Notes: generated from the letters alone by a model not told the origin. DNA of 64,000 nucleotides from Azolla caroliniana (GCA_043228905.1 JBHGNT010000003.1:20894001-20958000); one strand, 5' to 3'. Shown: positions 13,698-26,110, numbered from the stretch's first letter. Translations and numbers: made by a program.

Positions 13698-14504
13698 GAG
13701 ATCAATCCTCAACGGGGGAAAATATTAATAAAGTTAGGCGTACCAACTTCTGGAGTTCTCTACGAATGTAAACTAAAGAAAATTTTGAGGTCCTTCTTGT
13801 ATTGAAGCAACCCATGTTTTCTATGGTCTTCGGACTAATCCTTACGGGGATATAGTAAATTAAGTGTTGGGATTATGGTCCCTTTCGGATGGGATGGTCG
13901 GATGTCCGAAGATGAATGCCGACAAGCCCGGTTTCGGTTTCGGAACCGGATGATGAAGACCCCGGTTTCGGAACCGGATGACGAATGTACCCGGAGAGAG
14001 ATCCGGATGCGGGAACATATCTGTGAATATGTTTGCCAAGGGCCCTTGAGGCTATAGTTGTAAATAGCCCTAAAGTCATATGTGTATAAATATGACTTAG
14101 GGCAAACAGTTTTGTTGTTGCTATTCATTTTTCTGTTTTTCCACTCTAGAGGAGTGAAGAGAGAGCAGCCGTGAGAGAGAGATAGAGCGCGAGAGAGAGA
14201 GGAAGAGGTCGACGCCTCTGTGTATTTCCGCCGCCTGTGGCGAGGACAGCGAGCTCAAGGTCGTCGCCTTGCAGCTCGCCATTGTATACTTCTCTGTGCA
14301 TAGTTTTGGTTCGGAGTCGTGTACTCCCGTGGTTTTTCCCGTACAGGGTTTTCCACGATAAATCATGTGTCCTCTCTATTTTTTCGCATTTCCCATTTTC
14401 TGCAACAACGATTCGTGTGTTTACTTGGTTGTGGCCGAGAGGTGAAGTTTGGAAAGTTTCGTTTATTTCCATCAATTTGGTATCAGAGCGAGCTGCTGCA
14501 GAAA

Positions 14505-17500
14505 ATGGAAGGCGGCGGCAGCGGGCAGCCGGGGATGATGGTGCTGAATGCGCAGAATTACGCCGACTGGAAGATCAAGATGGAGGATCTTCTGATTGTT
14601 CGGGACCTGTACGAACCGATTGACAGGTCGGAAATACCGAAGGGGGTACTTGAGTCGGAATGGAGGCTTCTGAACCGGAAAGCCGTTGCAACCATTCGGC
14701 AATACGTAGACGTGAGCGTTCTACAACATGTGGCGAACGACACCAATGCATATGAGATGTGGCGGAAGCTGTCGGGCCTCTATGAGAGGAAGAATGCATT
14801 GAACCGGACCTCCCTGATGAGGAAGATAGTGAATCTCAAGTACCGGGATGGCGAGAGTATGGTGGAACACGTAAGCACGTTCATGGGATTCGTGAATCAG
14901 CTTGCGGCGATCAAGTTCCCGTTGGAGGATGCAATGCAAGCCATCATCCTGATGTGTACATTGCCGGAAAGCTGGGAGAACTTGGTGGTGACTCTCAGCA
15001 CCTCCTGCACCGAAGATAACTTGTCCCCACAAACGGTAAAGACAAGTATTTTGAACGAAGAAGCGCGTCGGAGAGACAAAGAACCGGCCTCCGACTCGAA
15101 GGCGCTGCTTACCGAATCGGATCGGGGAAGACAATGGAACCGGAGTCCGCAAAGACGGGAGAAGTCGGGGACCCGGTCGCAGTCAAGAGGAAGGCCCACA
15201 TGCTTCCACTGTGGGAAGCCGGGGCACTTCCGAAAGAATTGTCGGCATTACCGAAAAGACAACGGAGCCGACGACACCGATTCGAAGAAGTCACCGAAGA
15301 GAAACGGTGCATACCGGGGAGCCACGGACCGGAGAGGTTCGGATCGGCGAGGGCAGGACCGGAAAGGAACGACGGCACTCGCGGCAAGTGAGGAAGAAAT
15401 CATGCTCATCACCGAAGAAGGTGAACTAAACATTGCCGGCGATGAGACGACCTGGGTGGTCGATTCCGGAGCATCGTTCCACCTGACCCCGGAGAGAAGA
15501 TACTTCTCATCCTACACAGCCGGTGAGCATGGCTGTGTTCGGATGGGAAATGAAGGTACGTGCCGGATTGCCGGCATCGGAGACGTGTGGTTGACAACCC
15601 CGACCGGATGCAAAATGCTGCTGAAGGATGTCCGACACGTTCCGGAGGTTCGATTGAACCTGATTTCGGCCGGGAGGCTAGACGATGAAGGCTACACAGG
15701 TAGCATCCGGAACGGCGTAATGAAGTTCAGCAAGGGGAGCCTGATAGTGGCTCGGGCCCGGAAAGACAACACACTGTACCTGATGAATGCCCGGTTATGT
15801 CCGGAAGAGCTGAATGTGGCAGCCGACACTGCCGGTGAGCTGTGGCACAAAAGACTGTGCCACATGAGTGAGAAGGGGATGAAGAGGCTTGCAGAAGACA
15901 ACCTTATTCCAGTGAAGCATGTGCACCTGGAGAAGTGCACCGATTGCCTGGCCGGTAAGCAGAACCGAACCTCCTTCCACTCAAGGCCACCGACGAGACG
16001 TAGCGCACCATTGGAGTTGGTGCACACTGATGTGTGTCAGGTAGAAACGAAGTCACATGGCGGAGCCCAGTACTTCGTAACATTCATTGATGATCACAGC
16101 CGGAAGCTGTGGACGGCACCGTTGAAGACAAAGGACCAAGTGTTGTGCGTCTTCAAAGAACTCCACGCGAGAGTGGAAAGGGAATCCGGCAAGAAGCTGA
16201 AAGCGATACGAGCGGATAACGGAGGGGAATACCGGGGGCAGTTCCAGGAGTACTGTCGCTCGAAGGGAATCCGACTCGAGTTTACTGTGCCGAAGACGCC
16301 GGAACTGAACGGGCTGGCCGAGAGGATGAACCGGACCATAATGGAGAGGGTCCGGAGTATGCTGGCACATGCGAAATTACCCAAGGGGTTTTGGGCTGAG
16401 GCAATGTCGACAGCGACATACGTGATAAACAGATCACCCTCAGTACCTTTGGACGGAGACACGCCGCAGAAAGTGTGGACCGGTAAGGAAGTGTCCTACC
16501 GGCACCTGAAGGTGTTCGGGTGTCTCGCATACGTGCATGTGGCAAAGGACCGGAGAGGAAAGCTAGATCCAAAGACCCGGCCATGCATATTCCTCGGTTA
16601 CGGCGACGACGAGTTCGGCTACCGAGTATGGGACCCGGTCGACAAGAAGATATTCAGGAGTCGAGACATCATCTTCATGGAGGACAAGACACTCGCCGAT
16701 TTGGAGTCGGAGAAGAAGATGAAGAGCTCCAAGTCGACCGGTGAGGATCAACTCTACGAGGAGCAGTCCCGACCGGCAAGGGACCGGTTAGCACTCGAGG
16801 ATCCGGCCGAAGACGGTGAAGAAACAGAACCGGCCGAAGAAGATGAAAATGATACCGGAACCGGCCCCGATCCCGAAATGGATTCGGATGAAGAAGAATC
16901 GGAAGAACCGGTTACCGAAGCTCCGAAACGGAGATATCCTCTAAGAGAGAGAAGGGCCCCCCGGAGATTTCCGGAACCAGAGCACGTTGTCGTGCCTTTC
17001 GGCTCCGGATCGTTGCGTGAGTCGGGTGGGAACCACAGAGGTCTTGGACTAGGAGAAAGAAGTTCGTGAGATAGAGATTAATTATGAGTAAATAGCAAAG
17101 AGAAAGATAAGAAACTCGTGAATCACACGAGTATACTATATTAATTGGTACTTAGGGTGTTAAGAGAGAAGTAGACGTATAAATCGTGAATCCCACGAAT
17201 AATTTTTGTATTAATTCATACTTAATCCAAATAATCAACAACCATATACATATTTCTCTCCTCCTTATATAAGGAAGGAAGAGCTAAGCATGGCTTCATG
17301 CTTTTTTTTTTACAAAAAGTGTTCATGTCCACTAAATGTGCATGTGATGCTTTTTTTTTTTATTTCCTAAGTATAGGGCTCATGCACGCTAGATGTGCAT
17401 GAGTTATTTTTAGTGTCTCGTGTTTTTCTTTTCTTTTCTTTTTTCATATATTAAAAAATACACGATTTACCTTTTAATAAAGGTATGCATAAATAAAGGT

Positions 17501-19358
17501 CTTATACATATTAAATCTATATTTAAAACACTTAAGATAATTTAATGTAATGGTAAGGTTGGGGTTTGTCAACGTGGAGGTGCAGAGTTCGAATCACGCC
17601 CTGCGCAGTAGTGAGTATTTTCTTTTTTTTACATTTATGTCTCTTTATCCGGCTCTTCCTTGCCGGTATGCCGTTTTTCCTCCGGTTCTCACCAAGCACT
17701 CCATTCTCTATCCGGAGGGACAAAAATATAATTTCCACATAGTGTGCAACCTACACTACGACAACGTGCTGCTAACCGACGAGGGGGAGCCGGAGAGCTT
17801 TGAAGAAGCGAAGCATGACACCCATAGCCGCAGGTGGTTAAGTGCCATGCAGGAGGAGATGGACTCCCTGCATGAGAACCACACATATGAACTTGTGGAG
17901 CTGCCGAAAGGAAAACGGGCACTCCGTAACAAGTGGGTGTTCAAGCTGAAACCGGGAGATGCCGGAAACCCCCCGAGATACAAAGCCAGGATCGTGGTGA
18001 AGGGGTTTCAGCAGAAGAAGGGCGTCGACTTCGACGAGATATTTGCTCCGGTAGTGAAGATGACCTCCATCCGAACGGTGCTGAGCATAGCGGCAAGCAT
18101 GGACCTCGAGGTAGAACAGATGGACGTGAAGACGGCATTCCTTCACGGTGACCTCGAAGAAGAGATCTACATGCAGCAACCGGAAGGATTCGAGAAGAAA
18201 GGGAAGGAGCACCTGGTATGCCGGTTGAAGAAGAGCCTTTACGGACTGAAGCAGGCTCCCCGGCAATGGTACCGGAAGTTCGACTCCTTCATGACCGACG
18301 AAGGGTACCTCAAAACGCAGTCCGACCACTGCGTGTTTGTGAAGAAGTTCGAAGGAGGAGACTTTCTAATACTCCTCCTGTACGTGGACGACATGTTGAT
18401 CGTCGGACGGGACCAGGTCAAGATACGGATGCTGAAGAAGGCTCTTCACCGAACCTTCTCAATGAAGGACTTGGGTCCGGCGAGACAAATACTAGGGATG
18501 CACATCATCCGGGACCGGAGCAAGAAGCAGTTGTGGCTGTCACAGGAGAAGTACGTGACAAAGGTGCTTAAACGGTTCAACATGTCGGAAGCAAGACCGG
18601 TCGGATCGACCCTCCCGGCAAACTGCAAGCTGTCCAGCAAGCAAAGTCCCAAGACAAAGGCTGAAAAGGAGGATATGATGAAAGTGCCGTATGCCTCAGC
18701 CGTCGGGAGCTTGATGTACGCCATGGTGTGTACGCGACCGGACATAGGATATGCAGTCGGAGTGGTGAGCCGGTACATGAGCAATCCCGGCAAAGAGCAT
18801 TGGAACGCGGCCAAGTGGATACTCCGATACCTGAAGGGCACAGCAAACGTGTGCCTCCGATTCGGCTCCGGTAAGCCCGAACTCGACGGCTTCACCGATT
18901 CGGATATGTCGGCTGATGCAGATACCAGCCGGTCCACATCAGGGTATGTGATGACGTATGCAGGGGGAGCTGTTTCATGGCAGTCGAGGCTGCAGAAGAC
19001 GGTTGCGTTGTCAACCACGGAGGCGGAGTACATGGCGGCTGTTGAAGCCGGCAAGGAAATAATATGGATGAAGGACTTCATTAGAGAGCTCGGTATCTGG
19101 CAGGAGGAGTACCGACTCTACTGCGACAGTCAGAGTGCAATCCACCTTGCGAAGAACGCGGCCTATCACTCCCGGACGAAGCACATCCAGCGAAGATATC
19201 ACTGGATCCGGGAAAGGATAGAAGACAAGGAGTTCGTGCTGACGAAGATCCACACGGACGAGAACGGGTCGGATATGCTGACCAAGGTGCTCACACCCGA
19301 CAAGCTGGAAGCATGCCGGAAGAGGATCGGATTGGAGAGACATCCCATACCGAAGTGA
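14505..19358 (+). CDS. Copia gag-PR-IN-RT-RH polyprotein, split by a 776-bp insertion (1357 aa once the insertion and one TSD copy are removed)
   Basis: Motifs CFHCGKPGHFRKNC, WVVDSGASFH, IRADNGGEY, LLYVDDMLI, ENGSDMLTK. Joining 16987 to 17768 restores the frame as ...PEPEHV-LLTDEGEPES... Confidence 0.93.
16988..17763 (-). mobile_element. Solo LTR (776 bp) with 4-bp TSD ACGT, related to the LTR at 1030-1784
   Basis: Termini TGTCGT...ACGACA; ACGT at 16984-16987 and 17764-17767. A subterminal motif at 17032-17053 matches 1067-1088 at 19/22 positions. Orientation is inferred from that element. Confidence 0.82.
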
Positions 19359-21077
19359 AGGGGGAGTTTGTTGGGATTATGGTCCCTTTCGGATGGGATG
19401 GTCGGATGTCCGAAGATGAATGCCGACAAGCCCGGTTTCGGTTTCGGAACCGGATGATGAAGACCCCGGTTTCGGAACCGGATGACGAATGTACCCGGAG
19501 AGAGATCCGGATGTGGGAACATATCTGTGAATATGTTTGCCAAGGGCCCTTGAGGCTATAGTTGTAAATAGCCCTAAAGTCATATGTGTATAAATATGAC
19601 TTAGGGCAAACAGTTTTGTTGTTGCTATTCATTTTTCTGTTTTTCCACTCTAGAGGAGTGAAGAGAGAGCAGCCGTGAGAGAGAGATAGAGCGCGAGAGA
19701 GAGAGGAAGAGGTCGACGCCTCTGTGTATTTCCGCCGCCTGTGGCGAGGACAGCGAGCTCAAGGTCGTCGCCTTGCAGCTCGCCATTGTATACTTCTCTG
19801 TGCATAGTTTTGGTTCGGAGTCGTGTACTCCCGTGGTTTTTCCCGTACAGGGTTTTCCACGATAAATCGTGTGTCCTCTCTATTTTTTCGCATTTCCCAT
19901 TTTCTGCAACAACGATTCGTGTGTTTACTTGGTTGTGGCCGAGAGGTGAAGTTTGGAAAGTTTCGTTTATTTCCATCATTAAGATATTCTTGTTGTAGTT
20001 AAGAACCCCATGCCTTTATAACTCAGTGGTAGAGTGTCAGTCTTGTAAATTGAAGGTCTTCAATTCAATCCTCAATGGTGGCAAATATTGATAAAGTTGG
20101 GCGTACAAGCTTCTGGAGTTCTTCGGTCCGGTCCTTAATGGGGGTAAAGTTCTTGTTATAGTTATGAAACCTATGCCTTTATAGCTCAGTGGTAGAGCAT
20201 CAATCTTGTAAACTGAAGGTCTTCAGTTCAATCCTCAATGGGGCCAAATATCAATAAAGTTAGACGTACGAACTTCTGAACTTCTCTACGAATGTAAACT
20301 AGAGTAAATTTGGAGGTACTTACTGTATTGAAGAGACCCATGTTTTTATAACTCAGTGGTAGAGCATCAACCTAAAAAATGATGGACTTTGGTCTAGTCC
20401 TTAATGGGGATAAAATAAATTAAGATGTTCTTGTTATTGGTAAGAAACCCATTCCTTTATAACTCAGTGGTAGAGCATCAGTCTTGTAAATTGAAGGTCT
20501 TGCGTTCAATCCTCAAAGGGGGCAAATATCAATAGAGTTAGGTGTACCAGCTTCTAGAGTTCTCTATGAATATAAACTAAAGAAAATTTGGAGATCCTTA
20601 TTATATTGAAGAGACCCATGACTTCTAAAACCCATGCCTTTATAACTTAGTGGTAGAGCACCAATCTTTTAAATTAAAGGTCTGGAGATCAATCCTCAAT
20701 GGGGACAAATATTAATAAATTGAAACCCATACCTTTATAGCTCAATCCTAGAGCATCAGTCTTGTAAATTGAAACCCATGCCTTTATAGCTCAGTGGTAG
20801 AGGATTAGTCTTGTAAACTAAAGGTCTTCAGTTCAATCCTCAATTGGGGCAAATATCAATAAAGTTAGGTGTACCACCTTCTAGAGTCTACAAATGTGAA
20901 CTAAAGTAAATTTGGAGGTCCTTGTTGTAGTTCAATCCTCAATGGGGGTAAATATCAATAAAGTTAGGCATACCAGCTTCTACAGTTCTCTACAAATGTT
21001 AACTCAAGAAAATTTAGAGGTCCCTGTTGTTTTAAGAGACCCATGTTTTCTAATGGCCTTCGGTCCTTATTGGGGGT

Positions 21078-21510
21078 TGTTGAGAGATCAAGCTCAACTA
21101 GAGTGAGTTAGTTAGTTAACCACGTAACTTCATAGTTACTTAAATAGAATCTAGTTAGAAGTGTTGACTATAATGCCTTAAATAGGACCTTGTACTTAAG
21201 TGGGATATTCTAGATCCTCCACTCTCAAGTACATTTAATATAGGACTTACACCTTTGTACCTATATTCTACTCACACATGTGCACGTTTGCACATGAGAT
21301 GTATATATACCTCATTGTGGGTATTTTAGTATTTGATGATGCTTTTTAATATAGTTAATCATCCCCATCTTGCCTAGTCATTCATAAGCGTTAACGTCCT
21401 CTCACTCTTCCTCTTACACACATACACAGACATATCACTTAATTTTCCGCTTAACTTAATCACATAATTAGGTACTAATTAACCCTTTCTTAATTACCTA
21501 ATTCATAACA
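21078..21510 (+). mobile_element. Solo LTR of Copia family A with TSD GGGGT
   Basis: TGTTGAGAGATCAAGCTCAA...TTCATAACA is homologous to 9461-9890. GGGGT at 21073-21077 and 21511-21515. Confidence 0.93.
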
Positions 21511-21740
21511 GGGGTAAACTAAATTAAGATGTTATTGTTATAGTTTAAAAACCCATGCCTTTATAGCTTAGTGGTAGAGCATCAGTCTTGTAAACTGAAA
21601 GTCTTGAGTTGAATCCTCAATGAGGGCAAATATCAATAAAGTTAGGCATACCATCTTTTGGAATTTTGTATGAATGTGAACTAAAGTAAATTTGGAGGTT
21701 CTTGTTGTATTGAAGAGAATCATGTTTTCTTGAAACCCAT

Positions 21741-21812
21741 GCCTTTATAGCTCAGTGGTAGAGCATCAGCCTTGTAAACTGGAGGTCTTGAGTTCAATCC
21801 TCAATGGGGGCA
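21741..21812 (+). tRNA. tRNA-Thr(UGU)-like copy
   Basis: Full length with A and B boxes; one mismatch in the anticodon stem. Confidence 0.55.
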
Positions 21813-22798
21813 AATATCAATAAATTAGGCGTACCATCTTCTCGAAATCTCTACCAATGTGAACTAAAGTAAATTTGGAAGTCTTCTTGTATTGAAGAGA
21901 ATCATGATTTCCTAAAACCCATGCCTTTGTAGCTCAGTGGTAGAGCATCAGTCTTGTAAATTGAAGGTCTTGAGGTCAATCCTCAATGGGGGCAAATATC
22001 AATAAAGTTAGACGTTCCGGCTTCAGAAGTTCTCTACGAATCTAAACTAGAGTAAATTTGGAGGTACTTGTTGTATTGAAGAAACCCATGTTTTTATAAC
22101 TCAGTGGTAGAGCTTCAATCTTGAAAAATGATGGGCTTCGGTCTAGTCCTTAATGGGGGTAAAATAACTTAAGATGTTCTAGTTATACTTATGAGAGCCA
22201 TGCCTTTATAACTCAGTGGTAGAGCATCAGTCTTGTAAACTAAAAGTCTTGAGTTCAATGCTCAATTCGGACAAATATCAATCAAGTTAGGTGTGCCATC
22301 TGGAGTTCTCGTCGAATGTAGACTAAAGAAAATTTGGAGGTCCTTGTTGTATCGAAGAGACCCATGCTTTTTGAAACCCGTGCCTTTATAGCTTAGTGGT
22401 AGAGCTTCAGTCTTATAAAATGAAGGTCTTGAGATCAATCCTCAAGGGGGGCAAATATTAATGAAGTTAGGCGTACCAGCTTCTTTAGTTCTCTACGATT
22501 GTAAACTAAAGAAAATTTGGAGATCCTTGTTGTATTGAAGAGACCGATGCTTTTTGCAACCCATGCCTTTATAGCTCATTGGTAGAGCATCATTCTTGTA
22601 AATTGAAGGTCTTGAGATCAATCCTCAAAGGGGGCAAATATAATAAAGTTAGGCGTACCATCTTTTGGTGTTCTCTACAAATGTAAACTTTGAGGTCCAT
22701 CTTGTATTGAAGAGACCCATTTTTCCTATGGGCTTCGGTCTAGTCCTTATTGGGGTTATAGTAAATTAAAATAATCTTGTTATGGTTTAAAAACCCAT

Positions 22799-22870
22799 GC
22801 CTTTATAGCTCAGTGGTAGAGTGTCAGTCTTGTAAACTGAAGGTCTTGAGTTCAATCCTCAATGGGGGCA
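22799..22870 (+). tRNA. tRNA-Thr(UGU), near-consensus array copy
   Basis: Complete 72-nt cloverleaf with TGT anticodon and intact A and B boxes. Confidence 0.7.
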
Positions 22871-25800
22871 AATATTAATGGTAGAGCGTCAATCTTGTAA
22901 ATTGAAGGTGTTTAGTTCAATCTTTAATAGGGTTAACATAAATTAAGAGATTCTTTTTGTGCTTAAGAAACTTCTGCCTTTATTACTCAATAGTAGACCA
23001 TCACTCTTGTAAACTAAAGGACTTGAGTTCAATCCTCAATGGGGGCAAATATCAATAAGTTAGGCATACCGACTTGTGGAGTTTTCTACCAGTCAAGTGG
23101 TAAATTCAAGGTCTTGGTTTCAATCCTCAAGAGGGGAAAATATCAATCAAGGTGATGAATACGAGCTTGCAAAGTTTTGTACCGTTCAAATGACAAATGT
23201 AAATTAAATTGAATTTGGAGGTCCTTGTTGAATTGAAGAAAGTCATGTTTTTATAGCTCAATGGTAGAACTGAAGGTTTTGAGTTCAATCTTCAATGGGG
23301 GCAGGTTGATCAATGTAAATTAAAGTAAAGTCTTATATTGATTGTTGTATGACCAATGTAAAGTTAATGGAAAAACTCTAGAGCTTATTGCTATATTTAA
23401 CAAATAATTTCTTTTATAACTTAATGATAGGGTGCAGTCTTGTAAATTCAAGGTCGTGAGTTTTCTACCATTCAAATGATCAATTTAAGTAAACTAAAAA
23501 GTCTAGAGTTCATTTTTGTATTTAAGAAGCCAATGCCTTTATAGCTCTGCAGTAGAGTGCCAGTGTTGTAAATTGAAGGCCGTGAGTTCAATCCTAAACA
23601 GGGGCAAATATCAATTAAGTTAGGAATACAAGCTTGCGGAGTTTATTTAAATGGTAAAAGTAAATTCTAGAGCTCAATTATTTTACTCAAGAAACCCATG
23701 CCTTTATTCTGAATGATAGAGCGTTAGTATTGTAAACTAAAGTTAATGAGTTCAATCCTCAATGGGGCAAATGTCAATGAAGTTAGGCGTATGAGTGTGC
23801 GGAATTTTGTACCATTCAAATAATCAATTGAAAGGCTAGATGGCTTAACTCAACAAACATATGCCTTTATAACTTGGTGGTAGAGCGTTAGTCTTGCTAA
23901 CTGAAGGTCTTGAGTTCAATCCTCGATGGGGGCAAATATCAATGAAGGTGGTGAATACAAGCATGTAGAGTTTTCCATTGATAAATGTTAAAAGTAAAAT
24001 TGGATATCCTTGTGTAGAGAGTTAGTTTTGTAAACTTAAGGTCTTGAGTTTAATCTTCGATGGAGGGAAATATCACCAAAGTTAGGCATACCAACTTGGA
24101 GAGTTTTCTACAATTCAAATGATAAAGTAAAATCTTTCTACTCAAGAAACATTTCCTTTATACCCTAGTAGATATACATCTTGTAAATTTTGGACTATAC
24201 ATGAAAAGCTTGCCTTTATAGCTCAGTGGTACAGTGCCATTCTTGTTAATTGAAGGTTTTGAGTTCAATCCTCAAAGGGAGCAAATATCAATTCAAATGA
24301 GCAATGTAAATTCTAGATGTCATTCTTGTTGTATTCAAGAAATCCATGCCTCTATAACTAAGTGGTAGAGCATCAGTCTTGTAAACTAAAGGTCTTGAGT
24401 TCCTTCCTCAAAGGGGGAAAATATCAATTCAAATGAGCAATGTAAAGTCTAGATGTCATTCTTGTTGTATTCAAGAAATCCATGCCCCTATAACTAAACT
24501 AAAGGTCTTGAGTTCCTTCCTCAAAGGGGGAAAATATCAATTCAAATGAGCAATGTAAAGTCTAGATGTCATTCTTGTTGTATTCAAGAAATCCGTGCCT
24601 CTATAACTAAGTGGTAGAGCATCAGTCTTGTAAACTAAAGGTCTTGAGTTCCTTCCTCAAAGGGGGGAAATATCAATTCAAATGAGCAATGTAAAGTCTA
24701 GAGGTGATTCTTGTACTAAAGAAATCCAAGCCTCTATAATTGAGTGGTAGAGTGTCATGTTGGATCTTAAAAGTTATAGCTCAGTGGGAGAGCATCAATC
24801 TTGTAAACTGAAGGTCTTGAGTTCAATCCTCAAAGAGGGAAAATATCAATTCAAATGAGCAATGTAAAGTCTTGAGGTCATTGTTGTACTCAAGAAATCC
24901 ATGCCTTTATAGTCGAGTGGTAGAGTGTCTGTGTTGTACTTTAAAGTTATAGCTCAATGGTAGTGCATCAGTAGATCGTAAACTGAAGGTCTTGAGATCA
25001 ATACTCAATGGGGGCAAATATAAAAAAAGTTAGGGGTATGAGCTTGCGGAGTTTTCTACAATGTAAAGTCTAGAGCTTGTTGTTGTACTCAAGAAACCTA
25101 TGGAGTTTTCTACACTTCAAATGAGCAATGTAAAGTCTAGAGCTCATTGTTGTACTTAAGAAACCTATGGCTTTGTGGGTTTGTGGGTTTGGCTTGTAAA
25201 GTTTGGAGATTAGAAGAAAAGCATCCCTTTATAGCTCAGTGGTAGAGCATTAAAAGGTCTTGAGTTCAATCCTCGATGGGGGCAAATTTCAAAGAATTTG
25301 GTCAATATGATTCAAATGACAAATGTAAACTAAAGTAAATTTAGGGGTCCTTGTTTTATTGAAGAAACCCATGTTTTTATAGCTCAATGGTAGAGCGTCA
25401 ATACAGTTGAAGGTCTTTAGTTCAATCCTCTATGGGGGCAAATATCAATGACAGTGGTGATACGATACGAGGTATAGAGTTTTCTACCATTCATGTGGCC
25501 AACATAAATAGTAGTAAATATTGGGGCCTCTCTAGCTCAATTGTAGAGTGTATAGTCTTGTAAACTAAAGGTCTTGAGTTGAATCCTCATTGGGGTAAAT
25601 GAAGACTTGAGCTAATTGTTGCACTCAACAATTGAAGTTTCAAATTTGTTTTGGCCTACTCGTGCCTTTATAGCTCAGTGGTAGAGGTTTGGCCTCATAT
25701 TCAATCCTTAATGGGGGAAAATATGAGTCAAGGTAGCGTGTTGGCCTTGTATTCAATCCTTAATGGGGGAAACTATCAATTAAAGTAGCATCAGTCTTGT

Positions 25801-25997
25801 AAACCAAAGATCTTGAGTTCAATCTGCAATGAGCATAAAAGATATATGAGGTATGAAACACTATCATTTCAAAACAAAATTCCCTTGCTCACGCACTCGC
25901 TTTGTTTTTCCCTCCTATGCATCATGAAGCAGGTGCATTGCATTTGATCTTCCAAACCTTTTTTTTTCCATATCTTGCATCCAACCAAAACACAAAT

Positions 25998-26036
<39 letters not shown>

Positions 26037-26037
26037 A

Positions 26038-26110
26038 GATGGATGTAGCTCAGTTTGTAAGGTTGCCCAATGGAGACCAGGCGGTCATGGGTTCAACCCC
26101 TACATTCCAC
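26038..26110 (+). other. tRNA-derived (SINE-head-like) sequence, distinct from the Thr array unit
   Basis: A-box-like TAGCTCAGTTTG and B-box-like GGTTCAACCC at tRNA spacing; no intact cloverleaf. Confidence 0.45.

Larger units (their letters stand above)
13865..19978 (+). mobile_element. Young full-length Tnt1-like Ty1/copia element (family B); LTRs 13865-14474 and 19369-19978
   Basis: Two 610-bp TG...CA LTRs; I can see only 2 differences between them. 5-bp TSD TTAAG at 13860-13864 and 19979-19983. PBS TGGTATCAGAGC at 14478-14489; PPT AAGGGGGAG just before the 3' LTR. Confidence 0.97.

Noticed and set aside
14319-19358. Two separate genes (916-aa and 602-aa ORFs), or an intron in the Copia pol
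   Set aside because: The gap has TG...CA termini and an ACGT duplication. It is a nested insertion in one polyprotein ORF, and the ORF ends next to it are read-through into the insert.
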